Shown: one piece after another, positions 1 to 11,060 of the stretch
Numbering within the stretch: the stretch's first letter is position 1
Layout of the letters: every line of letters starts with the position of its first letter
Source of the DNA: Zancudomyces culisetae HAW-14-8
Lineage: Eukaryota > Fungi > Kickxellomycota
Reading direction: 5' to 3'
Assembly: GCA_052426225.1 (NCBI GenBank)
Contig: JBNJNM010000021.1
Span: 2,790,001-2,854,000, forward strand
Length of the DNA stretch: 64,000 bases
Notes under the pieces: generated by a model
Seen by the model: the letters and a program-made list of their open reading frames with translations, nothing else
Database searches by the model: none
What the model was told of the DNA's origin: nothing
Made by a program: the position numbers and the translations under genes

Positions 1-897
1 TCTCTATTTGTAATTATTCCATTTGCCGAATTGTTGTTGCCATTTGCACTCAAGATATACCCAGACTTACTACCATCGACGTATGAAGACAAGGCAACAA
101 AAGAAAAAAAGGCACAGCAATTGACCAAAATCCGTAATGAAATGTCGGTATTTTTGAGAGGAACCATTAAAGAGGGATTAGAATTGAAGAAAAAGAAAGA
201 GCTTGCAGAAAAGCAACTTATTGAAGCTGGTCAAAGCACTGACACTGTTGTTGACGTTGAGAGTATTGAACCAAGCTTTGAGGATGCGGAACGTATTCTT
301 ACTCAATTACGCTCAGGAAAGGATGTTTCTAACCAGGACATGATGAAACTAGTTAAACTATTGGAAAACAATCTTACGCTAGACAATCTCAGTAGACCAC
401 AATTGATTTCCATATGTCGATATTTGGGAATTAAATCGTTTGGAACTGATAATTATCTCAAACACCAGATTCAAAAGCGTATGCAGTACATATTGGCAGA
501 TGACAAATTGATTTCATCTGAAGGCGTTGAAACATTGACAATTCCCGAATTACAAAGTGCTTGTATAGCAAGAGGAATTAAATCCGCTGGTATATCCCCC
601 GGCAAAATGCGAGAGGATTTGGAAAACTGGTTGGACCTACATTTGGTTCAAAAAGTTCCCGCAGTCTTTTTAATTCTTTCTCGAATTTTGTTCCGTGATA
701 CTGTTAACGCCGATCTGCATCACGATGCTCTTAGAGTTACTCTATCTTCACTGCCCGATAACCTAGTTAATGAAGTTACTTTGTCTTTGGCTGAACGTGA
801 AGGTACTGCTACTAACAAACAGAGATTGGAAGTTCTTGAAGAACAGGAAGAATTGATGGAGGAAGAAACTGAACAAGAACAATTGAAAAAACCTTAA
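1..897 (+). CDS. MDM38: LETM1/Mdm38 family mitochondrial inner-membrane protein, 5'-truncated by the window edge
   Basis: Frame is open from base 1 (SLFVIIPFAELLLPFALKIYPDLLPSTY). LETM1 motifs LTLDNLSRPQLISICRY, FGTDNYL, DDKLISSEGV, ELQSACIARG, WLDLHL and NKQRLEVLEEQEEL are present. Confidence 0.93.
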   Translation, partial: SLFVIIPFAELLLPFALKIYPDLLPSTYEDKATKEKKAQQLTKIRNEMSVFLRGTIKEGLELKKKKELAEKQLIEAGQSTDTVVDVESIEPSFEDAERILTQLRSGKDVSNQDMMKLVKLLENNLTLDNLSRPQLISICRYLGIKSFGTDNYLKHQIQKRMQYILADDKLISSEGVETLTIPELQSACIARGIKSAGISPGKMREDLENWLDLHLVQKVPAVFLILSRILFRDTVNADLHHDALRVTLSSLPDNLVNEVTLSLAEREGTATNKQRLEVLEEQEELMEEETEQEQLKKP

Positions 898-1238
898 AAG
901 AAGCCCCCCCTCCCCTTCTCTTTTTTATTCATTCTTTTCCCTATAGACATAATATAATCCTATTCTATTGTTTTTAATATGCTGATGTTTGAATGTTTGA
1001 ATGTTTGTAATTTTCAAGAGTATGTGTATTTTTTTTTTCTTTTTTCAAGAAATAATAAAAAAAAGTACAACATTGATTTAGAAAATCTGATATTTTTGAT
1101 GACTTTTTTATTATTTTTGTGACAACGCTTTTGTTTTTGTTTTAATTGTACAAAGTAAATTCAATTCCTTTTATATGTCATCTTTGCTCCCTTACATTCT
1201 TCCACTCCCAAAAAAAAATATATATATATATATATCAA

Positions 1239-4200
1239 ATGGACCAAAAAAACATATTAAACCAAATAAAATCAATCTTACTAAATGCCCTAGAAAGAAA
1301 CAATTCGATATTACCAACCACACTTATCACACAACTTGTCCTAACTCTCTCTCGAACGATTTTCAATCATCACAACACCCCAAACACAAACGGGCTGCAA
1401 CAGAAAAAGCTGAACCCACGACGGGCACGAATGAGGACTGTATATTTTTGGCTATTGAAATCTATGCCCTGTTGTTAGGTGCGAAGGCCACAATCTCGCC
1501 AACACCAGTATATATAAATAGGCATATTGTGTTACGGCCTGTCCATTACATGTTACCATTTCCTGTTGCTGAAAGGATTCTGGTGAGTTTGGGACAGTTC
1601 TTTGGCCTAAAAGATGTGTCTAGTGATACAAGAGATAATGTAAATAGTAACAGCAATAGTGGTGGAGAAGAAAAACAAGAAGTAGAGGGGTTTAAATACT
1701 CTAATAGGGTCAGAGTTCGGGCTATCGAAGTCTTTGAATTGTTTTTAAATAAAGTTGAGTATGTTATACCAATTTCGCAACAGCCTGAACTACTGCAGAA
1801 AACACATGGCGGTAATTCGAATATGAACATGAATATGGATTCTTCCAAATACTCCGGGAACTGACTTGGTAACGTTGGCCGAATACCTGAATATGCAAAG
1901 GCAAGCGAATTTACTTGGCATTTTGTATTTGTGGATTATTGGATAATGTGACGGATATAGAGAACAACCATAATAACTTTAATGAACATTACCTCACAAA
2001 GCAACAACAACAAGAGAAAGAGAAAGAGACAGAGAAAATAAAAGAAAGAATCGAGATTCAATTAAAAACCATTAGTGAAAAGACGTTGGAAGTACTAGGT
2101 AGCTTGGTAACAAAATATATTGCAAAAAAAAACGACACTGCAAAAGTATTTTCCAGGATTAGTATCCACGCTTGTCAAAATCTCTGTGGGGAAAACAAAC
2201 TACACTAAACAGCACATAACGCGTTCTTCTACCAACAAATCCAACAAATCCAAAAGCTACAATAATAATACCCATAATAGTGAGAATGATAATAACAATG
2301 ATAATGGTACTGTTAGTCTTGGATGGAATGGGACTAATGAGTATGGCAGAAAAAAGCTGTTGTTTTACAAACCTAGGCTCCGATGCCTTGCTATGGAATT
2401 GTTAGGAGCGCTGATTTCCATTACGCTAAACAATGCCGATTTTATTGATGAATATAGTTGGTTTATAAAAGACAGTTCAACAAGAGCACTTGGTTCGCAA
2501 AATATTGCTACAGAAAATGGTAAAATAGGTGGTTCGAGCGAAAGAGCGCTTGATAAACGCCTAGGATTATTTGCTGGAGACGATACAGAGATAAAGGAGA
2601 GCTTGGAACGGGAGCCAGACAATGATAATACCGTTTGGGCACTAAAAGTGTTGGAAAAAGCTAAGTGTTGGGCTGAAGCTGTTGGTAAAGGAAAGGTACA
2701 GTGAAAGTCAGTTGGTTCGACGCGCTGTCGTTAGATTGTTTGGGACAATTGTTTCCAAGTCGTATATATGTTTATATAATGTTTTGGGGCTATCTATCCA
2801 AACATTGCTGATATCACTAGACCAGTTCTACAACAATAAACAAACAAGTATTGGTGCGGATATAAGCAATGGGGTCACGCAATATCACAACAAACCAACA
2901 AAACCATCCGAGCGATTGGGAGCAGAGCAACGAGAAGATGCTGAGTATATCATTTCCATTCTAACCCAATTTATGCAAGATGTTCTGGGAAAAGATGAGG
3001 CTATGGAAAAAAGTACAAAGATAAGAAACAAAGAGGGTATAACCCAAATAGAATTGGGACTGCAATCTCAGCTGAAAGCCCAAATTATAGATATTTATGA
3101 TAAACTTTGGGATTTATTTCCTAGCTACATGCAATCACTAAACGAACAATCGTATTACGAAGGTCTGTGTTTAATGGCTAATTATTCGCTATGGTTGAGT
3201 GGAGACACAAGATACATGTTGTCAAAGGGAGAAAGGGATGTTGATGACCAACAAGCTGATATCAAACAACAGGCTTCAAGTATAATTCTAGATCGGTGGA
3301 CTAGTGTAATAGTACCTTCATTGTTATCGTTTACTTCCAAGTCAGATAACTATGATCGTAATAGTAGTGGCGATGAGAGTGTTAGTACAACTGGTGGGAA
3401 ACTCATGCTTGAAATAGTTGATTCTGATTCCAAAGCACCATTAAACCCATTATTTAATAACCTCACAATTCAGGATACTTCTAATGATACTACTGGAACT
3501 ATTGCTGGTAATGATAATGTAAATAGCAAGAATGGAATGGAAAGGCAAATAACTTTATACTTTATTAAATGTGTTGGGTTGGTTGGAAACTATAATGTAC
3601 TAGCAAATGAACTATACAGAATGATCAACAATGCCATATACACACATTTAAAACCACAATTATTGGACTTGCTCAATTTGATTTTGACTGTTTCGCTGGA
3701 AACTATTGACTATTCAACTGTTGCTACACTCTATGATGATTATATTTCCATGCTTAACGCTTTTACTAATACTGATTCCAATAGTAATGCCAATACCAGT
3801 ACCAGAATGACTGAATATAGCGATAGTTTTTCTATGGACACAAATTACTACTATTCACAACAACTGGCCGTTCTGGAAGGCTTGTCCCTTCTTTGTAAAT
3901 ATTCAGACAAATCATTCATCATTTATAGTATGGAAGACCTGCTATTCCCACTAATTCTATTACAATCCGACAAAAAACTCAAAACAGCTTCATTCAAGTG
4001 TCTACAGGCGATATCTACCGCACTGGATCTCACAAGCATTGACGAGTTGATCTCATCTAACGCCGACTATATACTAATGGGATGTTCTAGACAACTAACC
4101 CGTTTGGATTTCTCCAACGATGTTCTCAACTTACTCACAAACACGATTAGGATAATGGAGCCTCAAAACGCCATTACTTTTTCTACTGATATTGTGGATC

Positions 4201-5396
4201 TTGTCATGGATTCGATAGACACGCTTTATAGCCAGGGAATCTATACAACTCCGCGATCCGAAATATCCTCGTTTGCACACCACTTGTCTGCCTCGACTGT
4301 ACATCCGTCCAATGAATTGATGGATACCTTGTCATTTTTAAATACGCTCTCCAATTGTATCCTCAAAACCACTGGATATGTACACAAGAAAGACAATATC
4401 TTAATTGATAACATGAAAAGTGCCAAAAGACGGCTGGTTACTCCTACGTTTGAAGTTTTGGAAACAAGAATACGCACACATCAATATGGATCCAATGAAC
4501 ACTATAGTATCGGTACTGATGAGTTAGACCACTCCAATGAGCTGACGAACCAATCTGATAATGATCCGCTTTCCAAATTAACCACTCCTGCCAACAGAAA
4601 CCAAAAGTTACTAATCAAAATGATCCTCTTTTCCAAAAATTATATTTCCAATTCTGATCCCTCAATCCAACTACTGGCAATCAAGAATTTAGAAACCTGT
4701 CTTAAATCCCTTGTTGATACCGAAGAAACTTCTCCCTCTTGTGAATGAAACTTGGCCTCTACTTGTCAATAATTTGAAAATCGGAATCTCTACCAACATC
4801 TCTTGTTTTACTGGCATTGGAAGTGGTGGTAATCATATCCCTTTCTACCGATATCTATGTTGTTTTGGCATGTCTCAAAGTTATCAACTTGATCTGTAAA
4901 CTCTCTGGAGATTGGTTAATCTCAAGAATTCGTGACGAATTATTTCCAATACTAAAGTCTTCAATATTCCCCCCCGTCACCCTCATCACCCTCATCATCA
5001 AAATACTCTTCTTCCTCTGCCTTCGCTGCTACCTCCTCTCTATATAGTATTATTCCAAAGGATCACAATCTACTATTATTATCCAACCACTCGAAGCTCT
5101 TGTTAGAATCTCTCAGCCTTATATCGACTATTTTTACTGTTCTTCCTTCTCTACCAGATCCCATCCCATTCGACCTAATCTCTTTAGTTGTTGAACTTGC
5201 ATTCCATCCGACAATTGCCAATATCCCTTCTATTTCGGACGCATCCTTTGACTTACTTCTCAACATATGCTGTCCTGCTTATCCTGATTTACTCTGGCTA
5301 GCCCTACATAACACCCCTTTGATATTTACATCCACACCATTAGCAAAGTCCAAAATTGACAAACTTTATAGAATGATAGATTCACTTGAAGATTAG
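1239..5396 (+). CDS. TTI1: TELO2-interacting protein 1 (TTI1, TTT complex HEAT-repeat protein); reading frame broken by 8 single-base homopolymer indels
   Basis: Consecutive ORF fragments join into one HEAT-type protein with TTI1-like segments: YFPGLVSTLVKI, SESQLVRRAV, ELISSNADYIL, LLPLVNETWPLLV, GDWLISRIRDELFP and PDLLWLAL. Frame is restored by single-base changes near 1404, 1856, 1915, 2124, 2654, 4708, 4839 and 4969. Confidence 0.75.
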
Positions 5397-5692
5397 TTTA
5401 CAGATACAGTTATCTGTTGATTCCATATTTACATTCATATTTATAAATACATTTTTTTTCTCCCGTTTTTTCCAGTGTAATTGTTATCCACTCAGTATTA
5501 TTACTCTTTTTTCCTTAATAAACAAAGACAAGTAACAAGAGCCATGAATTACCCCCCCCTCATGCGTTTATCTAGTATATAAAAAAAAGAGTAAAACAAA
5601 AAATAAAATAAAAAGGATATCACTAGAAATGACCCATGTTGCCTAGAGTCAAATTGTTTTATTTATTCTGTCTTTATCCGAAAACCCACAAG

Positions 5693-6371
5693 TTAAACTC
5701 CAAATACACGTCTATATTCTCTAATTTTCTCGAGATATGCCACATATTTTTCTCCACCATACCCCCCCCTCAATATATTCAATGATAGAATCCAACTTGA
5801 CTATAGAGTAAACCGGAATGTTCAAAGTCTTCTGAATATCCATGACCGCACTAGTTCTCTCCTGCTCTCCAGCACTGTTGTTGCTACCTACTTCTTGTCT
5901 ATCAATAGCCACCACAACACCTACAGGAATCCCGCCAGCCTTCACAATAACATCAACTGATTGTTTTATAGCTGTTCCGGCAGTAATAACATCGTCAACA
6001 ATGAGTATACGTTTACCCTTGATTTCTTCTGCAGTTGCACCGACCAAATTTCCACCTTCTCCATGATCTTTAACCTCCTTTCTATCATACATAAATTGGC
6101 AGTCCTTGTGGTCTGAAAGTGCACTGGATACAGCTGTTACAAGCGGTATCCCTTTGTATGCTGGTCCAAACAACAAGTCGAATTCTACCTTGCTGTCCAA
6201 AATCTTTTGGCTGTATAATTGACCAACTGTTTTGATTGCCTTTCCAGTATTAAACTGTCCTGCGTTAAAGAAATATGGCGAAATGCGGCCCGATTTCAAC
6301 TTGAATTCTCCGAACCTCAAGACATTAAAGTCGGTTGCCAATTCTATAAATCCTTTTTCGAATTCCTTCAT
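5693..6371 (-). CDS. URA5: Orotate phosphoribosyltransferase
   Basis: Motifs FGEFKLKSGRISPYFFNAG, LFGPAYKGIP, DRKEVKDHGEGG and VDDVITAGTA. Likely ATG is at 6371. Removing one G from the G8 run (C8 on the + strand, 5762-5769) restores the canonical C-terminus ...LEKIREYRRVFGV* with TAA at 5695-5693. Confidence 0.97.
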
Positions 6372-7059
6372 TTTTCCTTTTCTTTTTTCTAGTCGTATTT
6401 TAGCTCCTTTATTTTTACTTTTATCTTCTAATGAAGAGGGGGGGGGGATGTGATTTTTTTGATTTACACATACACCCATTAATTTTTTTTTTACATTGGG
6501 TAGTAAAAAAAAAAATTTTTTTCGATTCGTTGATGGATAAAATCGGACAGTAGGAATATGGGTCAATGTCAGGTTAGTGACAAATTAGGTCTTTGCTTTT
6601 TTCATCTGGAATGGGTGAAGGTAACAAATAATGAGGGCAAAGGATCAACAACATATTATTGTTAGGACAATGGATATTATCTATACTCGCTTTTGTTTTT
6701 AATGTTAATAAAATAAAAATACGATAAAAGTTATTTAATAGCAGACAAGATTGATTTATTGACAAACCTGTCTTGCTCACTTTTGACAAATATTCAAAAG
6801 TATTAAAAAAAATAATAATTCAACTAAAAAAATATATTAAAAATTACAGAAAAGTAAGAGTACAAGGGTTTTAAGCGTGGGTTACGAGAATAAGGTGTAA
6901 TAAAATAATACCCATACATTGGTATCCATATGTTTATCCATCACAGTGTCGTAAGCCACCTGTGGATATTTCCCCGCCCCCCCTCCACCGCCTTGCTTTT
7001 TTTTTTCTCTTTCTTTTTCGTTTGCTTAAATATATCAAATTATCATTTTTGAGCAAACT

Positions 7060-7120
7060 GGGTGGTGTGGTGTGGTGTGGTGTGGAGTAGAGTAGAGGGA
7101 AGGGAGGGGAGAGGAGGGGG
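7060..7120 (+). repeat. G-rich microsatellite (GTGTG)n, then (AGAGT)n, then GGG(A) runs; potential G-quadruplex
   Basis: ggtggtgtggtgtggtgtggtgtggagtagagtagagggaagggagggggagaggagggggag read directly from the sequence. Confidence 0.8.
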
Positions 7121-7278
7121 AGAATGTGTTGTTCTTTAAAGATAAAAGCGCATATAAATAAAAATACAAGTGTGAGATTCATTCTTTTTTTTCTCTGTTG
7201 GCAAGATTGTAAAAGTATTTTTTGGTACAAAAGTTTGTTTGTTTGTTTGTTTGTTTTGCTTTTTTTTTTTATGCCTAC

Positions 7279-9060
7279 TCACTCGGCATGCACCTCAACG
7301 GATTCCAAGAGTGTGGAAAAATCCGTGACCGAGTTTGAGGGTGAAAAAGAAGCAGGGTAATGCACCGTTGAGATTTCAGTGGTCTCGAGGCTATTTTCAT
7401 ATAGAAACGCAACTAGATTGTTGATTGAAGGGTTCCTTGAGTCGATGTATTCGGTTGGAACTGTATTGTTGGCTTCTAACGTTATTCCAACCTCTGTGGC
7501 TACAAAGGCGTTCCATTCTCTATTGTCAATATACTCTTTAATCAATGGTCCCAGCTGTTCATTGTTTGAGTCAACAAGCTCAATAATAGTTTTAACCATT
7601 GCTATCAAGTGACCCATATATCCTAATCGCACAGGACCCGCTTCTTTGTTCGAATTGTATGCGGCAAGAACTCTTTGCGGAAAGTTTATGGTAATGAAAA
7701 AATGTTCAAAGACTTTCATGTTGACATTGCTGTCCAGTGGCAAGGTAAGGATCCCATCTATCATGTTGTAAATCACAGTGTGGAGAATATTATTCCACGG
7801 GTATCTGAAAAATAGATCTACGCAGCATGCTAGTACACCCTTTTGAATGTACGCATCTCTAATCAACTTCCCAAAGCTACCCAGCCATTGCCTATCTTTG
7901 AGCAAGCCTTCTTCATTCAATAGGTTTAAAAGAGCGGTTGAGGGTATTTGCTCCTCCAAGCCTGGTAATGTAGAGCACTCAAACACTGCCGAAAGTATTT
8001 CGCATGCTCGTAATCTTTCAAAACCAAGCGGGATGTGCTGACCATGTGTTGTTCTGACGCTGACATCGTCAGGTCTGGGATAATTTAGTATCTCCAGTAT
8101 ACTATCCAATCGCTTTGTGATTGATAGCGCCAAGGGACACAAGTCGCTTCCTAAGCTGTCATTATTGGATAATTTGGAGTTACAGCTCACATGGATTAAT
8201 TTTATAAGAAAGTTCACACCGTTTTTGAATGATGATGACGAGTTTTCTTCGTGGAGGTCAAGCATGTATGACACGAGCTTTTCAATAATTTTGTAGCTTT
8301 TAAGACTGGTGCCTATGTGTCCTTCTGTGGTTCTTCTGGTTGAAATAACGTCGAGCATATCAACGAGCACTTGTGCTCCTTGTTCGTGTACCTCTTCTTG
8401 GTTTTTTGGATGAAGCATCTCAACCAGCGACTCCACAAGGTTCTGTGAATCCAGCCATGTAGGTATATCCACGGAATAGTGTTCAATGCTGGAGAGTTCC
8501 AGCAATATATTTACTACCTGATCGTTCTCAACATTGGCCAAGATATTGTTTACAACATCTTTTTGCTTTAGCATAAACTTTAGAGTCTTAATTTTTTTGG
8601 TGCGCAAAAGCTTGCAGATAATCTGGGCAGCATAAGACAGTTTATGTTGATTTCCATATCCCTTTTCAACAACAAATTCCCATAGTCTTCTCACGTTTCT
8701 ATCCTCGTCGTGTTCAGCATAATCCTCATCGTCTGATGACAAACAGTCATCATCAAGAGATAGTAGATCCTCAAATATTGACTCTTGGATTACTCTGTTG
8801 TCGCTCAACAACACTTCTGATGCCAGCTTGGTGTTCTTTATATCCACTGGGTTTCCATACGGTACTTGTGACACAACGATATCTACAAGTTGTGATATAA
8901 CACTACCAGTGGATAAAAAGCCAATTAGAGCACGATTGCGTCTTGTCAACTCATAAAGGAAGTCATCTTCCTCTAAAATCTTTGACAAAGTGTCTTTTGT
9001 TCTTTTTTCACGCAGTAGCTGTTCTATTCTAGAGTGCTTAAGACATGAAACTGCATCCAT
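7279..9060 (-). CDS. SIT4-associated protein / PP6 regulatory subunit (SAPS domain), short divergent member
   Basis: SAPS motifs PLGFERLRACEI, DLFFRYPWNNILHTVIY, RLGYMGHLIAM and WNAFV; intronless, 593 aa. Confidence 0.9.
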   Translation of the reverse strand: MDAVSCLKHSRIEQLLREKRTKDTLSKILEEDDFLYELTRRNRALIGFLSTGSVISQLVDIVVSQVPYGNPVDIKNTKLASEVLLSDNRVIQESIFEDLLSLDDDCLSSDDEDYAEHDEDRNVRRLWEFVVEKGYGNQHKLSYAAQIICKLLRTKKIKTLKFMLKQKDVVNNILANVENDQVVNILLELSSIEHYSVDIPTWLDSQNLVESLVEMLHPKNQEEVHEQGAQVLVDMLDVISTRRTTEGHIGTSLKSYKIIEKLVSYMLDLHEENSSSSFKNGVNFLIKLIHVSCNSKLSNNDSLGSDLCPLALSITKRLDSILEILNYPRPDDVSVRTTHGQHIPLGFERLRACEILSAVFECSTLPGLEEQIPSTALLNLLNEEGLLKDRQWLGSFGKLIRDAYIQKGVLACCVDLFFRYPWNNILHTVIYNMIDGILTLPLDSNVNMKVFEHFFITINFPQRVLAAYNSNKEAGPVRLGYMGHLIAMVKTIIELVDSNNEQLGPLIKEYIDNREWNAFVATEVGITLEANNTVPTEYIDSRNPSINNLVAFLYENSLETTEISTVHYPASFSPSNSVTDFSTLLESVEVHAE

Positions 9061-9310
9061 ACTGTGTTTTTTTAATTTTATTTAGCGAATTAGAAATATT
9101 TATAAACTATTATGGGATGTGTGCGCTCTATTTATACAAGATCCGTGTATTATGAAATTTTCTTTTTTTTTTTATTTTTTTTGCTAAAAATGAATTTGGG
9201 TGTGTGGATGCCCAGCACTGTTTATCTGCCAGGTGGTATTAGCTTTACAATATTTTGTAATTCTGCAAAATGTGCCTGAGAGGCGTTCTAAACAACCACT
9301 GCCAGCTATG

Positions 9311-9380
9311 CTTTTCTTTTTTTTCTTTTTTTTCTTTTTTTTCTTTTTTTCCTTTTTTTCCTTTTTTCTTTTTTAATTTT
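9311..9380. repeat. Polypyrimidine / poly(dA:dT) tract, (T4-9 C1-2)n, upstream of the SAP gene
   Basis: cttttcttttttttctttttttc... seen directly. Confidence 0.8.
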
Positions 9381-10049
9381 CTATTTATTGCACGCTAACT
9401 ACAAATGAACAAAGTGGTACCAGTCACATTCATTATTCCCATTATTTAAATGATTATCAACCAAGAGTGTGATTAGCAATTACCTTTAATTTGTATTTAG
9501 TATTATTTTTTTATTTCCCTTTTTCCGTTTGCATTTTTGCCCCCTATTAAATATTAACTATTCTAAGTTTGTCATTCCCACTAATAAAGGTACCTGTTCT
9601 TCTCAAATTTATCATGTGTCATCGCCAATTGTTTGAAGTCCCAGTCAAGTTTCTTTGCGCACTATTGGCTATTGATACCTTTTTCGATTATTGTTGGCCT
9701 ATCTTGTTCTGTTGGCGAATGCTTTTCAAATCTCATACTTTTTTCTTTTTTCTTTTTTGTTTTATGTCCTGTAATTCACTTGGTTTCATTTCGGTTTGGT
9801 TTTCCTTATCATATTTTTTTGGCACAAATATTTTTTTTTCCCACTAAAAAAACGCTTCGACCTATTCGAAGATGGTTAGCGAACCAATGGTAGCTCGGAT
9901 CACACATTTTGCCCTATTATTTTTTCATGTTCCTGACAGCTTGAAATTTTGAACGTCTATTTTTTAGTAATTATGTTTGAGTAGATAGAGACCTCAGCCA
10001 TTTTATAATAACAGCGTATTAGCTAGTTTGTAAGCCGCGTAACTCCGAA

Positions 10050-11060
10050 TAAACTGTGATGCTTTTATACTGCGGTTTGTGTGTCGAAACTTTCTAGAAA
10101 AAGTCTATCATTTTGGATGGCTCTCTGCTTGATATCTCATTAATACAATCTGTATACTTAGTATAACACTTTAAGTTTGGAATAAGGCCATCCACACTAT
10201 TGATGAGAGACAATGTGTGAGTGATGTAAAATATATACCATGGGTATATAAACAATAAGAAAAATAAAAGGAAAATGACATAGATATGTTTGTATTAGTT
10301 TTCTCCAACTCTAACCTTTAAAAGAAAAAATCGAGTTGGTGATATACACATTTTTGTACATTTAGATGGCCATTTGTTATCTGGAGCGAATGGTTAGTAA
10401 AGAAAATCGGCGTAAGAAAAAACATGACCGACTCATAATACTTGTAGATATATACCCACAATTTACTTGTAGTATATCTTTTTGTAACACAATGCATTTT
10501 GTATAGCAAACGGAATATTATCAGGCAACCTTCTTTACTACGACAAATAATTCTTTGCTTGACTGATTAGCTTTTTACATCAAACAATCCAACTTCCGTG
10601 GACAGTAATGAGGCAGTAGTAAGTAGTATATTATGGAAGATTGTATCAGGTACAAGCAAATAAGTAGGAGGGGTGGGAAGGGGATGTTTATTAAACTTCC
10701 ATACCCAGAGTTCAGATTGTTTAGAGAATCCGCTTTTCTGCTTAAAAATTTTATAAGCTATTGAACAAACTCTATTATATGCCGTAGTCTAACCCTTTTA
10801 TAGTGTTTTTTTTCCCTGGTATACCAATTAATACTTCTTGTATAAATAAAGTTACGCTCGTGTAGTATCCCTAAAAGCCATACTGATCAAGTATGAATAT
10901 ACGAGCTAAAGGAATGGACAGAAGAGTGAGTATATCAATACAAGTACATTCAAGTATTGTGCGATTATTTTGGCCACTTCGTCTTCCCCATTCCCCTCAT
11001 ATTCCACAAGGTAGAGCAGGCTAGCCCTGACACCAACTTTCATTATCCAAATATTGCCAA
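10050..11060 (-). mobile_element. Highly degenerate non-LTR retrotransposon (LINE) APE-endonuclease remnant
   Basis: Minus-strand fragments in different frames fall in the order expected for an APE domain: LWNMRGMGKT (11009-10980), IDILTL (~10939-10922), IVGIYL (~10462-10445), ITNGHLNV (GDxN-like, ~10380-10357) and SKMIDFF (~10117-10097). Many stops. Spacing is somewhat longer than typical. Confidence 0.45.

Noticed and set aside
1855-1870. In-frame TGA in TTI1 (1862-1864) as a possible selenocysteine or readthrough codon, given that some early-diverging fungi use Sec
   Set aside because: The homologous-looking sequence continues in a different frame after a GGG run, so this is a frameshift. 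No SECIS-like element was recognised and TTI1 is not a selenoprotein family.
6372-6566. 65-aa N-terminal extension of URA5 in the ORF track
   Set aside because: Low-complexity A/T/C-run promoter sequence. Homology begins at MKEFEKGF (ATG 6371).
9225-9305. Possible three-way RNA junction (ggtggt/accact, ttacaa/ttgtaa, gcct/aggc), considered as a hammerhead ribozyme
   Set aside because: Lacks the CUGANGA and GAAA core. Short stems are expected by chance in AT-rich DNA.
9850-9905. CTTCGA/TCGAAG hairpin with a TTCGA motif, considered as a tRNA
   Set aside because: No cloverleaf, acceptor stem or properly spaced A/B boxes. No tRNA or rRNA gene could be supported anywhere in the window.
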